Source: Syncephalis fuscata S228 (lineage: Eukaryota > Fungi > Zoopagomycota). Taken from it: 64,000 nucleotides of DNA. The stretch is from assembly GCA_025786725.1 (NCBI GenBank), contig JAHLTZ010000014.1, positions 310,001-374,000 on the forward strand. The letters run 5' to 3'. Below the pieces are notes generated by a model. The model was not told where the DNA came from. It made no database searches and saw only the letters and a program-made list of their open reading frames with translations. How positions within the stretch are numbered: position 1 is the first letter of the stretch; the number at the start of each line of letters is the position of its first letter. The position numbers and the translations under genes are program-made. Shown here piece after piece: positions 51,777 to 64,000 of this stretch.

Positions 51777-52812
51777 ATGTCGACCACCAACGACAGTCAA
51801 GAGAAACGACAAACGAAACGACAACGGAAGGCCGAGTCTTTTCGTAAAGGTGGCAGTAAGAAGAGTAGGAATGAAGATGGCAAACCTACACCAAGCCAGC
51901 ATGATAGTGATGACGAAGTTGTAGCACCTGATCTTAAACGACTAGTAGCCGACAGTGGAAGTATATTTAAGCTAAGTGGTGACAATCCATCAAGCAATAA
52001 AGAGGCGTCAAGGCAAAAAAAGAATAGTAAAGCGTCTAGCAAGACAGATAATAGTACAGCATCTAAAGCTACAGTAATTCAAAAGCCAACGACTATCGCA
52101 CCACCAGCTATACCTAAACCAAAAAAAGAAGCAACAACAGCAACAACAAACGCAACAGATAAAAAGCGACGATTTATTGTATTTGTAGGCAAGTTGAATG
52201 AACAAATCATTATGTTAACTATACTTATTTAATGAAATGTAGGCCGATTACCGCGCACCATTAAGAAAGAAGAAATTGAACAACATTTTGCATCAGCAGG
52301 TAAACAAAATAAAATAAAATAAAAATAACCATTAATTAATTAATTATTATTTAGGCAATATCACCGATATCCGTTTATTAACAGAAAAAGGCACAAATGC
52401 ACCACGAGGTTGTGGATTTGTGGAATTTGCCAGTGCCGAAAGTCTTGGTGTAAGTGATTTATTTATAATATATTTATATATATTTATTTAATTAACATTT
52501 ATTAATAGATTGCTTTGGGACTGCATCAGTCAAAACTTGGTGGCAAGAAAATAAGCGTTGAACTTACAGTTGGTGGTGGCGGTAAAAGCGAAAACCGAAC
52601 AAATCGACTACGCGACAAAAATGAAAAGCTTCGAACACAACAGGTAAGATGTGGTTATGGTTAATTTAATTATGCTTGTTGCACATGAAAGCGCGTGTCT
52701 ATAAGGAGGCCATTTAAGCTTATTTACTGACTTTTGTTATTACTATATTATGTGCTAATTACGACGAATATAGCGCCAACAACCGCACAAGGCAGGCCGA
52801 CAACGTGGATAA
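51777..52812 (+). CDS. NOP6: Nop6-like nucleolar RRM protein
   Basis: RFIVFVGRLP (RNP2), RGCGFVEF (RNP1), ISVELTVGGGGKSENR..RLRDKNEKL. Confidence 0.85.
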
Positions 52813-54282
52813 ATTACTTTTTCTTCTATGCGTGTCTCTATATTAATATGTGTGCGTGTGTGTGTGTGTGTGTGTCTATGAATACAGTGGGGCACTTCAT
52901 CGATCCAACTATCTAGCTATTCATCTATTCATCTGGCTGCCTAGCTATCGTCAGATACGAATAGCATGACAAGTAAAAAGTGCGTCTATAGATCGCAAAG
53001 TGTACAAGTAGGGAAATTTCATAGTTTGGTATCTATCAGCATGACTGAACCACGTGGCGGATTAAGCGCTCACATGCTCGTCAGGTGGCCAGTATGCGAT
53101 GAAACGCATGGGCCAAGCCAGTACCTGTGAATTTACGCACATTTCGCCTACTTGCGTTGAATGTATGTATGCTCGGCAATATTATGCCACGGATATTTGC
53201 CGCATGGCAGGTGTAAGGTTAAGCAGATGAGAACATTCTACAGCGTATCTTTACTTCTTCAAAACAACTACCTGCCTATAAGCGTACTTGTACATACTTT
53301 GCTTATTAGTCATATCACGGCCAGCAGCACCCTGAATATCTGCATATTGCATTATTATATTGTGTAGTTATCTAACACCATTTATTTGTATTTATTTGCC
53401 AACCATTAATAATCTAGTTGTTCACTAATTGATCAATTAATTAACTCGTTAATTATCTTTGTTTATTATTTTCTTTGTCTATATTAAATACTTGTAATTA
53501 CGTTGCTACGATTTTATCTATGCATACCGATGACTCCACTTTATCTTTTTGTATTATCGCTGCCTATCTACATGCTTATACATGCATCAGTACCTACTTG
53601 TTGACCTGTCAACACTCATACACTGGCCAATCAGCTAAACCACCGATGAAGCAACCTTGAAAAACCACCACCTGGTCAGCTACCACATGCTTTGTTGTAG
53701 CATTAGGCATACCAGTCATCCTTTAGCCCTACAATAGCATGGGTGCGCACACCCACACCACCTCACACTACACACATACACCACACACGCCGTACCTACA
53801 AACAACACACACTACATACATACAAGCAGACACACACACACACACACACACGCTTCATTATCCGCACGAGGTCGTTAGCTCACTGGCTGATTTATCCGCA
53901 TAATTTCCTTTTTCTCCTCACTGGCAGTTCCCCCTTTTATCAACTCACTCGTCCTGCCCTGAGAAGTAGAATTCTCTTTTCTTTCATCGACTATTACACA
54001 CACGTACACACACACACACACACCCATTCGGCCATCGCTGCTACTTGTACACCGCTTCACTTTCACTCCGCCGCCCCTTTCCTTGCTTATTCTCTTTCTC
54101 GCTCTACTCTGACACTGCTGTTTCATCTCGATTGTCTTTCATCATCCACTAGTACACTCCAGTACGTCTACACAGTCTATCGTTTATTCACTTTACTGCT
54201 CGCCGTTAAACAAAACACTTGCTTTTGTTTGCTTTACGTGAATATTATTGTAGGGCTCCTACGTCTCACCTACATCAACACT

Positions 54283-54356
54283 ACATTACTACTACTTACT
54301 ACTACTTACTACTACTATTACTACTATTACTACTATTTCCGCCTACATCAATACTA
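54283..54356 (+). repeat. (TAC/TAT)n low-complexity tract upstream of RAC1
   Basis: Imperfect trinucleotide run; (CA)n tracts also at ~53830-53850 and ~54007-54022. Confidence 0.8.
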
Positions 54357-54460
54357 CTATTCTCGCCACCTAGTACAACGCTCTTTGCCGTTACTGTTGC
54401 CTTTGTAGTCATCTTTTTGTTTCTGTAGACTTGCTCGTTGTTGTTTGATTTTATTCCAGC

Positions 54461-55519
54461 ATGCAGGCCATCAAATGTGTTGTTGTTGGTGACGGGTACG
54501 TATAATTGGACGAGATAGGGCGGTCAAACCACCAGTATGCAACAGATGAATGTGCTGTGGCCTGTTGGTGTTTGAAACGTGTTGTATATGCTAGTAAGAA
54601 ATACGCCTTTGAACAGCGTTGATCTGGCATGGCTATATGCTCTTATTGGCGGCAACAACGATGACAGCACTACCAATGCCACAGCAGCAGGTAGTAGTCA
54701 TACTACCCTGTATCTGCAGCATACAAGGCTCAATTGCAGCTTAATGAACCATATATAGATACTCGTGATACTAACTTGTTTTTTCTCTTCTTTTCTATCA
54801 TTGATATTTATAATATAGTGCCGTCGGTAAGACGTGTCTGTTGATTAGTTATACTACCAATGCATTCCCCGGCGAATATATTCCTACTGTGTAAGTAATA
54901 GCAATAGGCAGACTATAGCGCGATAGTAAATGCATACATCGAATTGAACTAACCAATGTATGCTAATAGCTTTGACAACTACTCGGCCAACGTAATGGTC
55001 GATGGCAAGCCCATCAATCTCGGTCTATGGGATACTGCTGGTCAAGAAGATTACGATCGTCTTCGTCCACTCTCTTATCCACAGACCGATGTATTTCTGA
55101 TCTGTTTCTCGCTGGTTGCGCCATCATCGTTTGAAAACGTCCGCACCAAGGTATGTCACACTACGGTCGCCTTATTCTATTCTAGGCCATTTGGTCTAAC
55201 TGACGCATTACTATTTTATTGTACTACAGTGGTATCCGGAAATTACACATCATGCACCCAATATTCCAGTCATCCTAGTCGGTACCAAGTTGGATTTGCG
55301 TGAAGATCGCGATACAATTGAAAATTGCGCGAAAAACGTCTAGCACCCATTACGTATCCACAAGGTTTACAAATGGCCAAGGAAGTTCGTGCAGTTAAAT
55401 ACCTTGAATGTTCAGCGTTGACACAAAAGGGTCTCAAGAATGTGTTTGACGAAGCCATCCGTGCCGTACTCTGTCCGGTGCAGCCCAAGAAAGCAGGCAA
55501 GAAGTGCATGATTCTTTAA
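54461..55519 (+). CDS. RAC1: Rac1 small GTPase
   Basis: [64 protein letters not shown]; CAAX end CMIL*. One A is missing in the run at 55321-55324. Confidence 0.97.
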
Positions 55520-56042
55520 GCTTTTTCTTGTTGGACATGTGTTCACGCCACTTTGCTTTGCCGCATTTTTCCTGCTCATTGCTCGCTTACTTCCTCTATT
55601 TCCTTCTTCTCATTTATTACTTGGGCTTGGTTGTCCCTCACACCTACCCTTGTTCTCTTTTCTCGCTCTCTAGTCTCACTTATACAACTACTCTTGCCAT
55701 AGTTGCTACTGCCAGTTGATTGGCCCTTGTGCGTGATGAAACGTTTTTTGTCCTAGCTGTCATCGTTTTCGTTATTATCCTCGTGCCTATATATTCATTT
55801 TCAATCAACTGCTTTCAATATGGTGTCTAGTATAGAATGATAAATCACGTGATAAATTAGAGACTGGCATACTGTATGTATGTTTACTGGTGTATATTTG
55901 TGTACTTGAGTGTGTGTATATCTGTGTAAGTGTGAGTGTGAGTAAATAGATCATAGTCATAAAACAGTAGTTATATTCTTGTGTATTCGTGTATAGATAT
56001 TTTCACAGAGTTTTCTTTTATTATTATTATTATTATTACACG

Positions 56043-57924
56043 ATGGCCTCCGCTTCAGGTAGGTCGATCGCCTATAAGCATCTATATGAGCGATAGGCTT
56101 TACTGTGTTAGGTAGAATAAGAAGAGCGATTACTAAGTATGGCTGGTATACATCTGTATTTATAGGAACAAAACTAAGTCGTGAGGAGTATCGTCGACTT
56201 AAAGATCTTGATGCAGCTCGTAAGGCTGGTAATGCGCCGGCCGAGGTAGACGAGGAAGGCAACGAGATTAATCCACATATTCCTCAGTATATTTCTCAAG
56301 CACCATGTAAGTAAAGAGGGGATTGGCTATATGGCCAATAATCGAGGCTAATGTAATCTATTATAACTAAAGGGTATTTGGATGCGGGTCATGCTTCGTT
56401 AAAGCATCAACGGCCAGCAGAACAAAAGTCAAGTATAGAAGAGAGTTGGTATGCACGCGGTCAATTTAAGGTAAATAGCGTATAGAGTGGACTGACCTGT
56501 TGAATGAGTTATATGCTAACCATATGCGAATAGGGAAAGACAGCGACTAAATATCGCAAGGGAGCGTGCACCAACTGCGGTGCTATGACACACAAGTCAA
56601 AGGATTGTGTAGAACGGCCAAGAACAAAAGGCGCTAAATGGACGGGTAAGAATATTAAAGTAAGTACAGTTGTTAACAAATCTAATAGATTTACTGATTT
56701 GTTTAATTAATACTAGGCCGATGAAGTAGTACAGAATGTAGCATTGGATTTTGAAGGAAAGCGTGATAGATGGAATGGCTATGATGCAACTGATCAGCTA
56801 AAACTTATTGAAAGTAAGTTATGGCGGTATATTTATATGTCTATGTATTTATGTATTAATTAATAAATTAATTATTGTTGCTAGAATTTGAAAAAGTAGA
56901 AGAAGAACGTAAAAAGCGCAAGGCTGAAGAGTTAGAAGAGGCAACTGTTAATATGTCAGCAGATATTGCAACTAAAATGGCCAAGTCTTCAAAGGTTGAA
57001 GGACTGGCTGGATATGATTCAGATGATGATAGTGACGGCGATGGCGATAAATACGCCGATGAAGCCGACATGACAGGACAGAAGTTTGATCAAAAGACGC
57101 GTACAACTGTGCGTAATCTTCGGTAAGTATTACAAGAGTGGAGTATATAATCAGTATGACTTATCCTGTATGCAACAATAGTATTCGTGAAGATACGGCC
57201 AAATATCTAATGAATCTTGATCCGGATTCGGCTTACTACGATCCAAAGACGCGTTCTATGCGTGACAATCCAAATAAGAATCGTGATAATGTAAGTTAAT
57301 TAATAAAAAATGAAATAGATTACAAGACGAAAAGTATATACTGACAAACTAAATAATCTATACGTTAATGTTAGGCACTGTATCAAGGTGACAATGCTAT
57401 TCGTTATACGGGCGATGCTACTAAAGTGGCAAAACTTCAGTTATTTGCATGGCAAGCACAAGAACGAGGTGCTGCTGCACATCTTCAGTCTAATCCAACT
57501 CAAGGTGAATTACTACATCGACAATTCAATGAGAAGAAAGACGAATTACAAAGTGGCACACGCGATAAAATTCTTGAGCGTTATGGTGGTATTGAGCATT
57601 TAAATGCACCACCCAAAGAATTGTTATTTGCACAATCAGAAAACTATGTTGAATATTCACGAGCTGGTCAGGTTATCCGTGGACAAGAAAGAGCTGTACC
57701 CAAGTCGAAATATCAAGAAGACAGTAAGTTAATTAATTAACTAATTAATATTTACTACTAGTATTAACTAACAACACTTTTATTTACACATTAATATAGT
57801 TTTTATTAACAGCCATACAACTGTATGGGGGTCGTTCTGGGAGGACGGTCAATGGGGCTACAAATGCTGTCGATCATTCCTTAAGAATGCTTATTGTACA
57901 GCGGCAACGACAGCAACCGATTAA
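56043..57924 (+). CDS. SLU7: Pre-mRNA splicing factor Slu7
   Basis: [32 protein letters not shown], zinc knuckle [53 protein letters not shown]. Confidence 0.97.
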
Positions 57925-58380
57925 ACAACGTATACTTTATGCTATCTTTTAAATAAATAGGTGTTCAATTTTATTTTGCATTTCTTATTATGAGTCCTTA
58001 AAGCAAATTCATTCCAATTGAAGTCGTGTAGTTATGCACGATATAATTATATATTTTTATTAAAATGTTGTTAATAAATTGATTTAAATGAAGAATGCAA
58101 CATACTATTTGATTTCTTTGAAACATTTGAGGTTGATTATTGCTGTTGTTAGTCATATGTAAAAATATTGATCGAATATTAACATATTACAATGAGTTAC
58201 ATTCACTAAAATTACAGCCACGTTAGCTATTTTAGCAATGATATCAACAATTAGTTAATTAATTGTCCTATTTGATTGTGCTAATGCTGTTGCAGTAATA
58301 TATACATGCTATGTACCATTTCATCTTTAACTTTAAAATAAAAGTTTATAGATTTTGGTACTTTTTAGTTGACTTGAGAT

Positions 58381-58780
58381 TTATTAATAATAAAGCTAAA
58401 ACAAAAAATAAAACAATTTTGGATAGAGGAAGACTATGCGAGTATAAAATGATATATAAAATGATAAATGTACAGTTAAAAGTACATAAAATGCTGTCAA
58501 AGTTATAGGACATATAACGCAATGAGTAGACTGAGTGGAGTATGTTGGTGTATATAATAAACAGAATGTCTCTAGTATATCATATAATGATATATAATAG
58601 TATAGATATACACAGTTAATGATTTATATATACTGAACATATGCATACTGGATAATAAATCTATGACGATGAGTATTTGCTGATTGATGTCACTCACCAC
58701 CCACCATCATGTTCAATAAATTGGATATTATTAGATGTTAGTCATTTAACCACCAAATTATAATATAATTATTAATAAAT
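58381..58780 (+). repeat. Dispersed non-coding repeat R2, copy 3
   Basis: Collinear with the reverse complement of 32570-32940 (AAGACTATGC, ATGATAAATGTAC, CAATGAGT, ATATGCATACTGGATAAT, CATCATGTTCAATA). Confidence 0.85.
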
Positions 58781-59747
58781 TGTTTGATGACTGCAAAAAG
58801 AATGGTTATTTTTATATGATAATAAATGATATGATATATTTAATATGACAATAAAAACTATAAATGAATGTCACTGTACATAGAAAGACTATAAATAAGT
58901 TGAAGTGTTCATGGGGAAAATGTTCAAATAGTAGAATAAAACGTAAAAAGTGGCTAACAAAAAGGTAGTATATAGTCACTACAGTCATTGTATTAGCAAC
59001 TGTAAATATACACCAGTAGTGATGACTTTACTACTAATATAATTACTGAGCAATTTTATAGTGCCAGCATATAGATGCGGCTTATTAATATGGGACTGAA
59101 CAAACATATATTAGCACGGCATGTGATGTTGATTTATAGTAAACCAAATCAATCAGTATTTTTTGTAATATATATATGGAGTGTAAAAAGTATCAATGGA
59201 TAAATAGCATAAAATGTAAATGAAATGAAAAAAGTATGATGACATAGATTGTAAATTGTGTAATTAACAGAGTATATTTATGAAGACATGAAGCATAAAT
59301 ATTAATAACAAAGTATAATTATAATACAAATACTAAAAGACAATTACTCCAAAATGATAGTACAACATAGAACATACTAGTAGTAAAGTAACAAATGCAG
59401 CAAATATAAATGTTATTTGCTATCAAAGACCAATATTATCGAATAAATAAATAGTGAAGCAGCTAATATAATAGAACTAATAGATAACAATAAAAATCAA
59501 TTGCATAAATACAGATATAGTTATAGAAAGCTATGCTACATTGTACACAAACATGAATACACTTTACAATTGTCATATAATAGATGAATAGATATTTGCC
59601 ATGGAAAACAAGTCAGTTTATCATTGGACAACAGATGGCGCATTCTCAAACAGCCCATGAGCAACGCCATCATATGCAACCAAGAAAGGATGATCGGAGG
59701 TTGAGTAAGTGGTGTTATTGGCAGCAAAGACCATGACTACGCCACAT

Positions 59748-61055
59748 TTACTCGGAATCCTCGGCATCATCGGCACCACCAGCAGCAAGACGCTGACGAC
59801 GACGCTTGACGCGACCTGGACGGCCACCACCATATGGTGAAGTAAGAGAGAAGTCGATGTGCTTCTGGGACTCAAGACGGACGACGAATGATGGGACATT
59901 GACGACTTGTTTGCCAACACTAGTTATAATTAATCATCAATTAATTAATATGTGTATTAGAAATAATTAATAAATCAATTGCTATTAACAATATTACTAC
60001 TTACCGAATGTGACGTTGACGAATCAACACACGGGCGTGATGGATCGACTTAGCAAGACCAAGCTTGAACACTTGGGTCTGGAGGCGACGTTCAAGGAAA
60101 TCCTCGATCTTCAAACCAAGTACGTAATCAAGCTTGGCCTTGGACTCATCGAGTACACCGATGCGGATAAGACGACGGATAAGAGCGTTACCCTCGAACA
60201 AACGGCGGCTATCCTTGGGTGGCAAGGTGAGCAGTTCACGAGCAGCACGACGGATGTTGGACAAAGTGTAGCCAATGCGCCAGATTTCGTGCTTGTTACG
60301 GAGACCGTATTCACCGATAAGCTTCATTTCCTGGTCAAGGCGTTCAGCCTCGAAGGGACGACGCGGGACCTTGTAGGTCTTGGAGCCTAAAAACAACAAA
60401 AAAAGGTAAGACGTGTTGATGGCATACTGCTTAATAAATAAAGTAGCAGCAGCAGCAGCAACAGCGTCTTCCCAGTGACCACTCAGCAAAGTGGGGGTGA
60501 CTACGCGTCTATTCTAGCCATAATATCACACATTAATAAACCCGTGGTTGTAGAATAATACAAAACGTCCGTTGGTGCTATATGGCCAATAGATTGAAGC
60601 ACATAGATCGTAAAGATCATAGTCGGCAACGATCATCTTGTCCAGCGACCACAAACAAATCATAGCTATACGGCGGGTGAGTGAATTGATAGCTAGAATA
60701 GAGCACGCGTCATATTATATATAATATATGCTATAGTATAGAATATACTATATATAATATTATGTTCAGTTCTCGTTCATGTCTGGAGAGGGCGCTGTTC
60801 AGCTCTCCTCATACAGGCAACAGATTAATACGGTTAGCAACACACTAGGCTGTATAGCTATACCACAGCATATACACTCTCGCCCACCCAGTCCAGCACA
60901 GAAAGGAAAAGCCAACAAAGCTGGCCTGCATGCAATAAACTCGCGCGCACATACATACACACACACAATCAACTATGACTACTTGTGGCAACAGATCAAT
61001 GATCGCAAGATCAAACGACGTTGCCTGTATAAAGGATACAATTCCGGGGTGGCAT
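59748..61055 (-). CDS. RPS9: 40S ribosomal protein S9 (uS4), 2 coding-region introns
   Basis: Exon 1 61055-61040 (ATG CCA CCC CGG AAT T) joined to 60386 gives [18 protein letters not shown]...; S4 domain [30 protein letters not shown]. Pyrimidine tract upstream (~61105-61130). Confidence 0.96.
60387..61039 (-). other. Probable U12-type (minor) GT-AG intron, 653 nt
   Basis: Donor GTATCCTTT is the exact U12 consensus; the best branch candidate GTCTTACC (60412-60405) is imperfect. Confidence 0.7.
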
Positions 61056-61859
61056 GTTTCTGGTCGCTGCGTACTATATGCTACGTGTGGCAAATGCAGT
61101 AGCGGGAAAAGAGAAGGAGAAGCAAAAAGTTTTCCGTGTCCACCACCATCAAGTGTGGTCGCTGCCGTTCCTCATTGGACAGTGTGGATGGGTGAAAAGT
61201 GTTGACAATGTCCACCATCTAAAGACAAATAATAATGTTAATGCTAATAATACCAATACTAATGTCAATACTAATGATAATTTAATAGTAATAACATTTA
61301 TTAGCGTGTGTGTGTGTGTGTGCTGAGTGGACAGTGTGTATAAGTGGGTCGATTGAAAAGAAAAAAAATACTAATAAAACTTAATTATTAAAACTATCAT
61401 TTCCACCGAACCCCTGTTTGCTAGTTTTGCCTTTTTGAAAAGAAAAAGTATAGCAATTAGAGGCGAATTTCTTTGATTATTAGCGCATTAATGCGCCTTC
61501 AATAGACTCCATAGTGAGTGTGTTATGGTGTGCGGTGTGTGAGGCAAGAGTTTTCACGCAACTACTGGCCGACACTCAGTTGTTCTGCCTCTTTTTCCTT
61601 TCTCTTGGTTGCCCTTGTTTTGCGCTTCCCAGAGGCTTCGACGAACGGTTCCTTGTCGTTTTAATAGCAACAGGTAGGTAGGCGGTGTAGATCAAGTGAT
61701 AGACGGCGTCTAGTCGTGTAATTACACAGTGGTCGCGTGCGATAAGCATAGATCACGGATCCACAAGGATACAGACACAATAGTCGTAGTAATAGGAACT
61801 GCAAAATACTAATCGATGTATTGTAATGATTCTATGGTTATCGCGTCTAGATCGTCAAC

Positions 61860-62619
61860 ATGCCACACTCGTTCGGTTACCGCGCGCGTACGCGCCATAT
61901 GTTCGCTCGTGACTTCCGTAAGAAGGGTCAAAATGCGCTATCCATCTACCTTAAGACCTATAAGGTTGGTGATATTGTTGACATCAAGGCCAACGGTTCC
62001 ATCCACAAGGGTATGCCACACAAATTCTACCATGGGTAAGTGTTATAATTGTAACTGTAGCTAGTAGGATGCGATAAAAGTCAAATGGACTGTATACTGC
62101 GCCACTATTGAATAGTGTTTGTTAATCAAAATACGAAATATTATTATTGATTAACAAACTATTTAAGTAATTGATCAAGCAATTAAGCAATAATGAAACG
62201 ATTTACTAATTCTATGACTATAGTCGCACTGGTGTCGTCTACAATGTGACCAAGTCGGCTGTCGGCATCATTGTTAACAAGCGCGTTGGTGGTCGTTTCC
62301 TCGAGAAGCGCGTCAACATCCGCATTGAGCACATCAGACACTCCAAGTGCCGCGATGACTTCCTTCGTCGTGTTAAGGAGAACGCCGCCGCTAAGGCCGC
62401 CGCCAAGGCTGCTGGCGTCAAGGTTAACGTCAAGCGCCAGCCCGCCCAGCCACGCGAGGCTCGCTTTGTCTCTGGTAACCACACCAGCCCAATCACTGTT
62501 GCTCCAATCCCATACGAGAGTAAGTAATGTCGATAATGACTGAAAGCATTGTAATTTGATTTAACTAACCATAACTGTTTTATTTGTTTATTTATTTGTT
62601 ATATTTAGCCCTTTTGTAA
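61860..62619 (+). CDS. RPL21: 60S ribosomal protein L21 (eL21)
   Basis: [15 protein letters not shown]...[26 protein letters not shown]...[11 protein letters not shown]...APIPYETLL*. Probable 5'-UTR intron ~61674-61850. Confidence 0.97.
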
Positions 62620-62849
62620 GCGGTTGTATGTTTGACAGCGCAGATCATTTGATAAACCGCATTTACTGTGGACATTTTATTAAACAAGTGCAAACAACAT
62701 GATGTTTATGTGTATATATATATGTATGTGTGTGTGTGTATGTGTGTGGATGCAAACAATAGCAAATTAGCACGCATGAATCTATCTATTTATCTATTTA
62801 TCTATTTATATAGATATACACGGGAAAGAAGTGGTCAGTATATAGACAT

Positions 62850-64000
62850 TCATGGATAAGTAGCGGATAATTGCTGTAAACGACGGGCAATATTATCGCG
62901 TTTTTTAAATAAACCGCGTGCATGAAATAGGATACATTGAAGATAGAGTGCTTCATTAAGCATATCGCGATCATCTAATATTGTAAATACTGCAAAAATA
63001 ATAAGTACTTTTGTTTCTTTTTTCTTTATACGTATTTATCATTATTATAATTTATTTTACCTTTTTGTGCTCGTTCCAATAATCCACCGGCAGTAATTAA
63101 TGCTTTGTTGAAATCGGATGTTGTATCGGCTGTTTTAGACGGCGACAATGCTGTGCCATTGCTATTATCGTGATCAATTCCTGCACACGATAACAACAAA
63201 CGTGCTTCCACCAGATAGAAAAGCCCCAAGGTTGATTGATCGGTCGATTGTGCACACTAATGAATCGATGGTTATATATTATAGCTGTTATATTGGAATG
63301 GCTATTTAAGATTGAATCAATACAAACACGACTTACCTCAGCAGCGATATCTTGAACCATGCGAGCAACCACTGTTTGATTGCCCATGCCCATAAGATTA
63401 AGAGAAAGACAAATAGAAAGTGTAAAACTAAGTAGATTGCCTGGTAGATTGACTGTGTGTGCCGGCACTTGATGGTATAGCTGGTGACATAGAGCGATCT
63501 CTGGTACACTTGCTTTCTACTATATTGATTAATACTGTTTGTTCAAATCGTATATAGCTATTGTTATTTTAATAGTACCTGGAAACAAGCAGCTACTTGT
63601 GCTTGCCATATACGTTGGGCATTTGGCAGTTGAAGATGTGCCAAGTTTGTTGGATTAGGATTAGCACACTATTAATTGTATAATTATTTATAAAGCCAAT
63701 TAATATACCATAAAGGGTATGCATTCTTCAGTTCAACACTTACTTCGTGTAGACGACCCAGTTCAAATGCCAACTGGTTAATGACTAATGGTATGATGCT
63801 TTCACGTTCTATCGATGAATGTGTCGGATCTTTGTAAAATGATATGTATAATTGGATACACTGAGCTATTAATTGCTCCCATGATAGATTCTACGTGACA
63901 CTGATAGTTAGCTTATTTAAACAGCTATAATCATAATATATTACCTCGGGTGCATTTTGTATACACTGACGTAACCAGTATTTTAAATTGTACGAATGAT
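62850..64000 (-). CDS. 3' part of a helical-repeat protein, Apc5-like (tentative)
   Basis: Spliceable exons; last exon DDRDMLNEALYLQCILFHARGLFKKRDNIARRLQQL resembles my recollection of the Apc5 C-terminus (YxQxxLxHxxG..xRxxxA..xxQL). 5' end lies outside the window. Confidence 0.5.

Noticed and set aside
53743-54408. 221-aa ORF upstream of RAC1
   Set aside because: Non-ATG start; composition is dictated by CA/TAC microsatellites (THTH, YYYY); no protein-like features.
10485-55324. Frameshifts in ULP1 (~10490), HGH1 (~12105), TAF1 (~19380, ~23220), the dioxygenase (~31641), VPS16 (~40365), ALG10 (~49250) and RAC1 (~55321) as pseudogenes, programmed frameshifting or RNA editing
   Set aside because: Each is fixed by adding one base, mostly in short homopolymer or repeat runs, in otherwise intact conserved genes. 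This is the signature of long-read consensus error; read re-mapping would settle it.
60764-60814. Box C/D snoRNA (ATGAGGA ... CTGA ... CTGA on the minus strand)
   Set aside because: Only about 47 nt between the outer boxes, an imperfect C box and no rRNA-complementary guide identified; kept only as a hairpin.
59536-62543. Antisense and alternate-frame ORFs over RPS9 and RPL21 (e.g. 60010-60390 +, 62183-62482 -)
   Set aside because: Shadow ORFs caused by the strong codon bias of ribosomal protein genes.

Overview
Eukaryotic, AT-rich, very intron-dense DNA, with introns mostly 50-85 nt. It comes from an early-diverging fungus; Zoopagomycota/Mucoromycota-like, possibly a Syncephalis-type mycoparasite, is my guess and not proven. 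About 25 ordinary genes are recognisable: SDR, NUP155, ULP1, HGH1, VTA1, RING/TRAF, TAF1, a nucleotide-sugar transporter, a BBOX-type dioxygenase, VPS16, ATP5, Iec1-like, ERG20, SHY1, ALG10, SF3B5, NOP6, RAC1, SLU7, RPS9, RPL21 and APC5-like among them. Two minor-spliceosome genes are present (PDCD7/U11-59K and SNRNP48/U11-48K), and RPS9 has a U12-type donor. The standout is invisible to the ORF track: a dispersed family of secreted-peptide genes. A 94-nt signal/pro-peptide exon is followed by a tandem array of ~80-nt introns separated by codon-sized (3-nt) micro-exons. The best copy (33508-34719, minus) has 13 micro-exons and 14 introns; decayed copies lie at 1802-2125 and 26985-27549. All introns are phase 1, so every mature-peptide codon except the Ser inside the 6-nt exon is built across a splice junction, and any skipping stays in frame. 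This suggests a candidate combinatorial peptide-diversification system. Caveat: many essential genes carry single-base deletions, most likely assembly errors. All gene models were read by eye, without alignments or RNA data.
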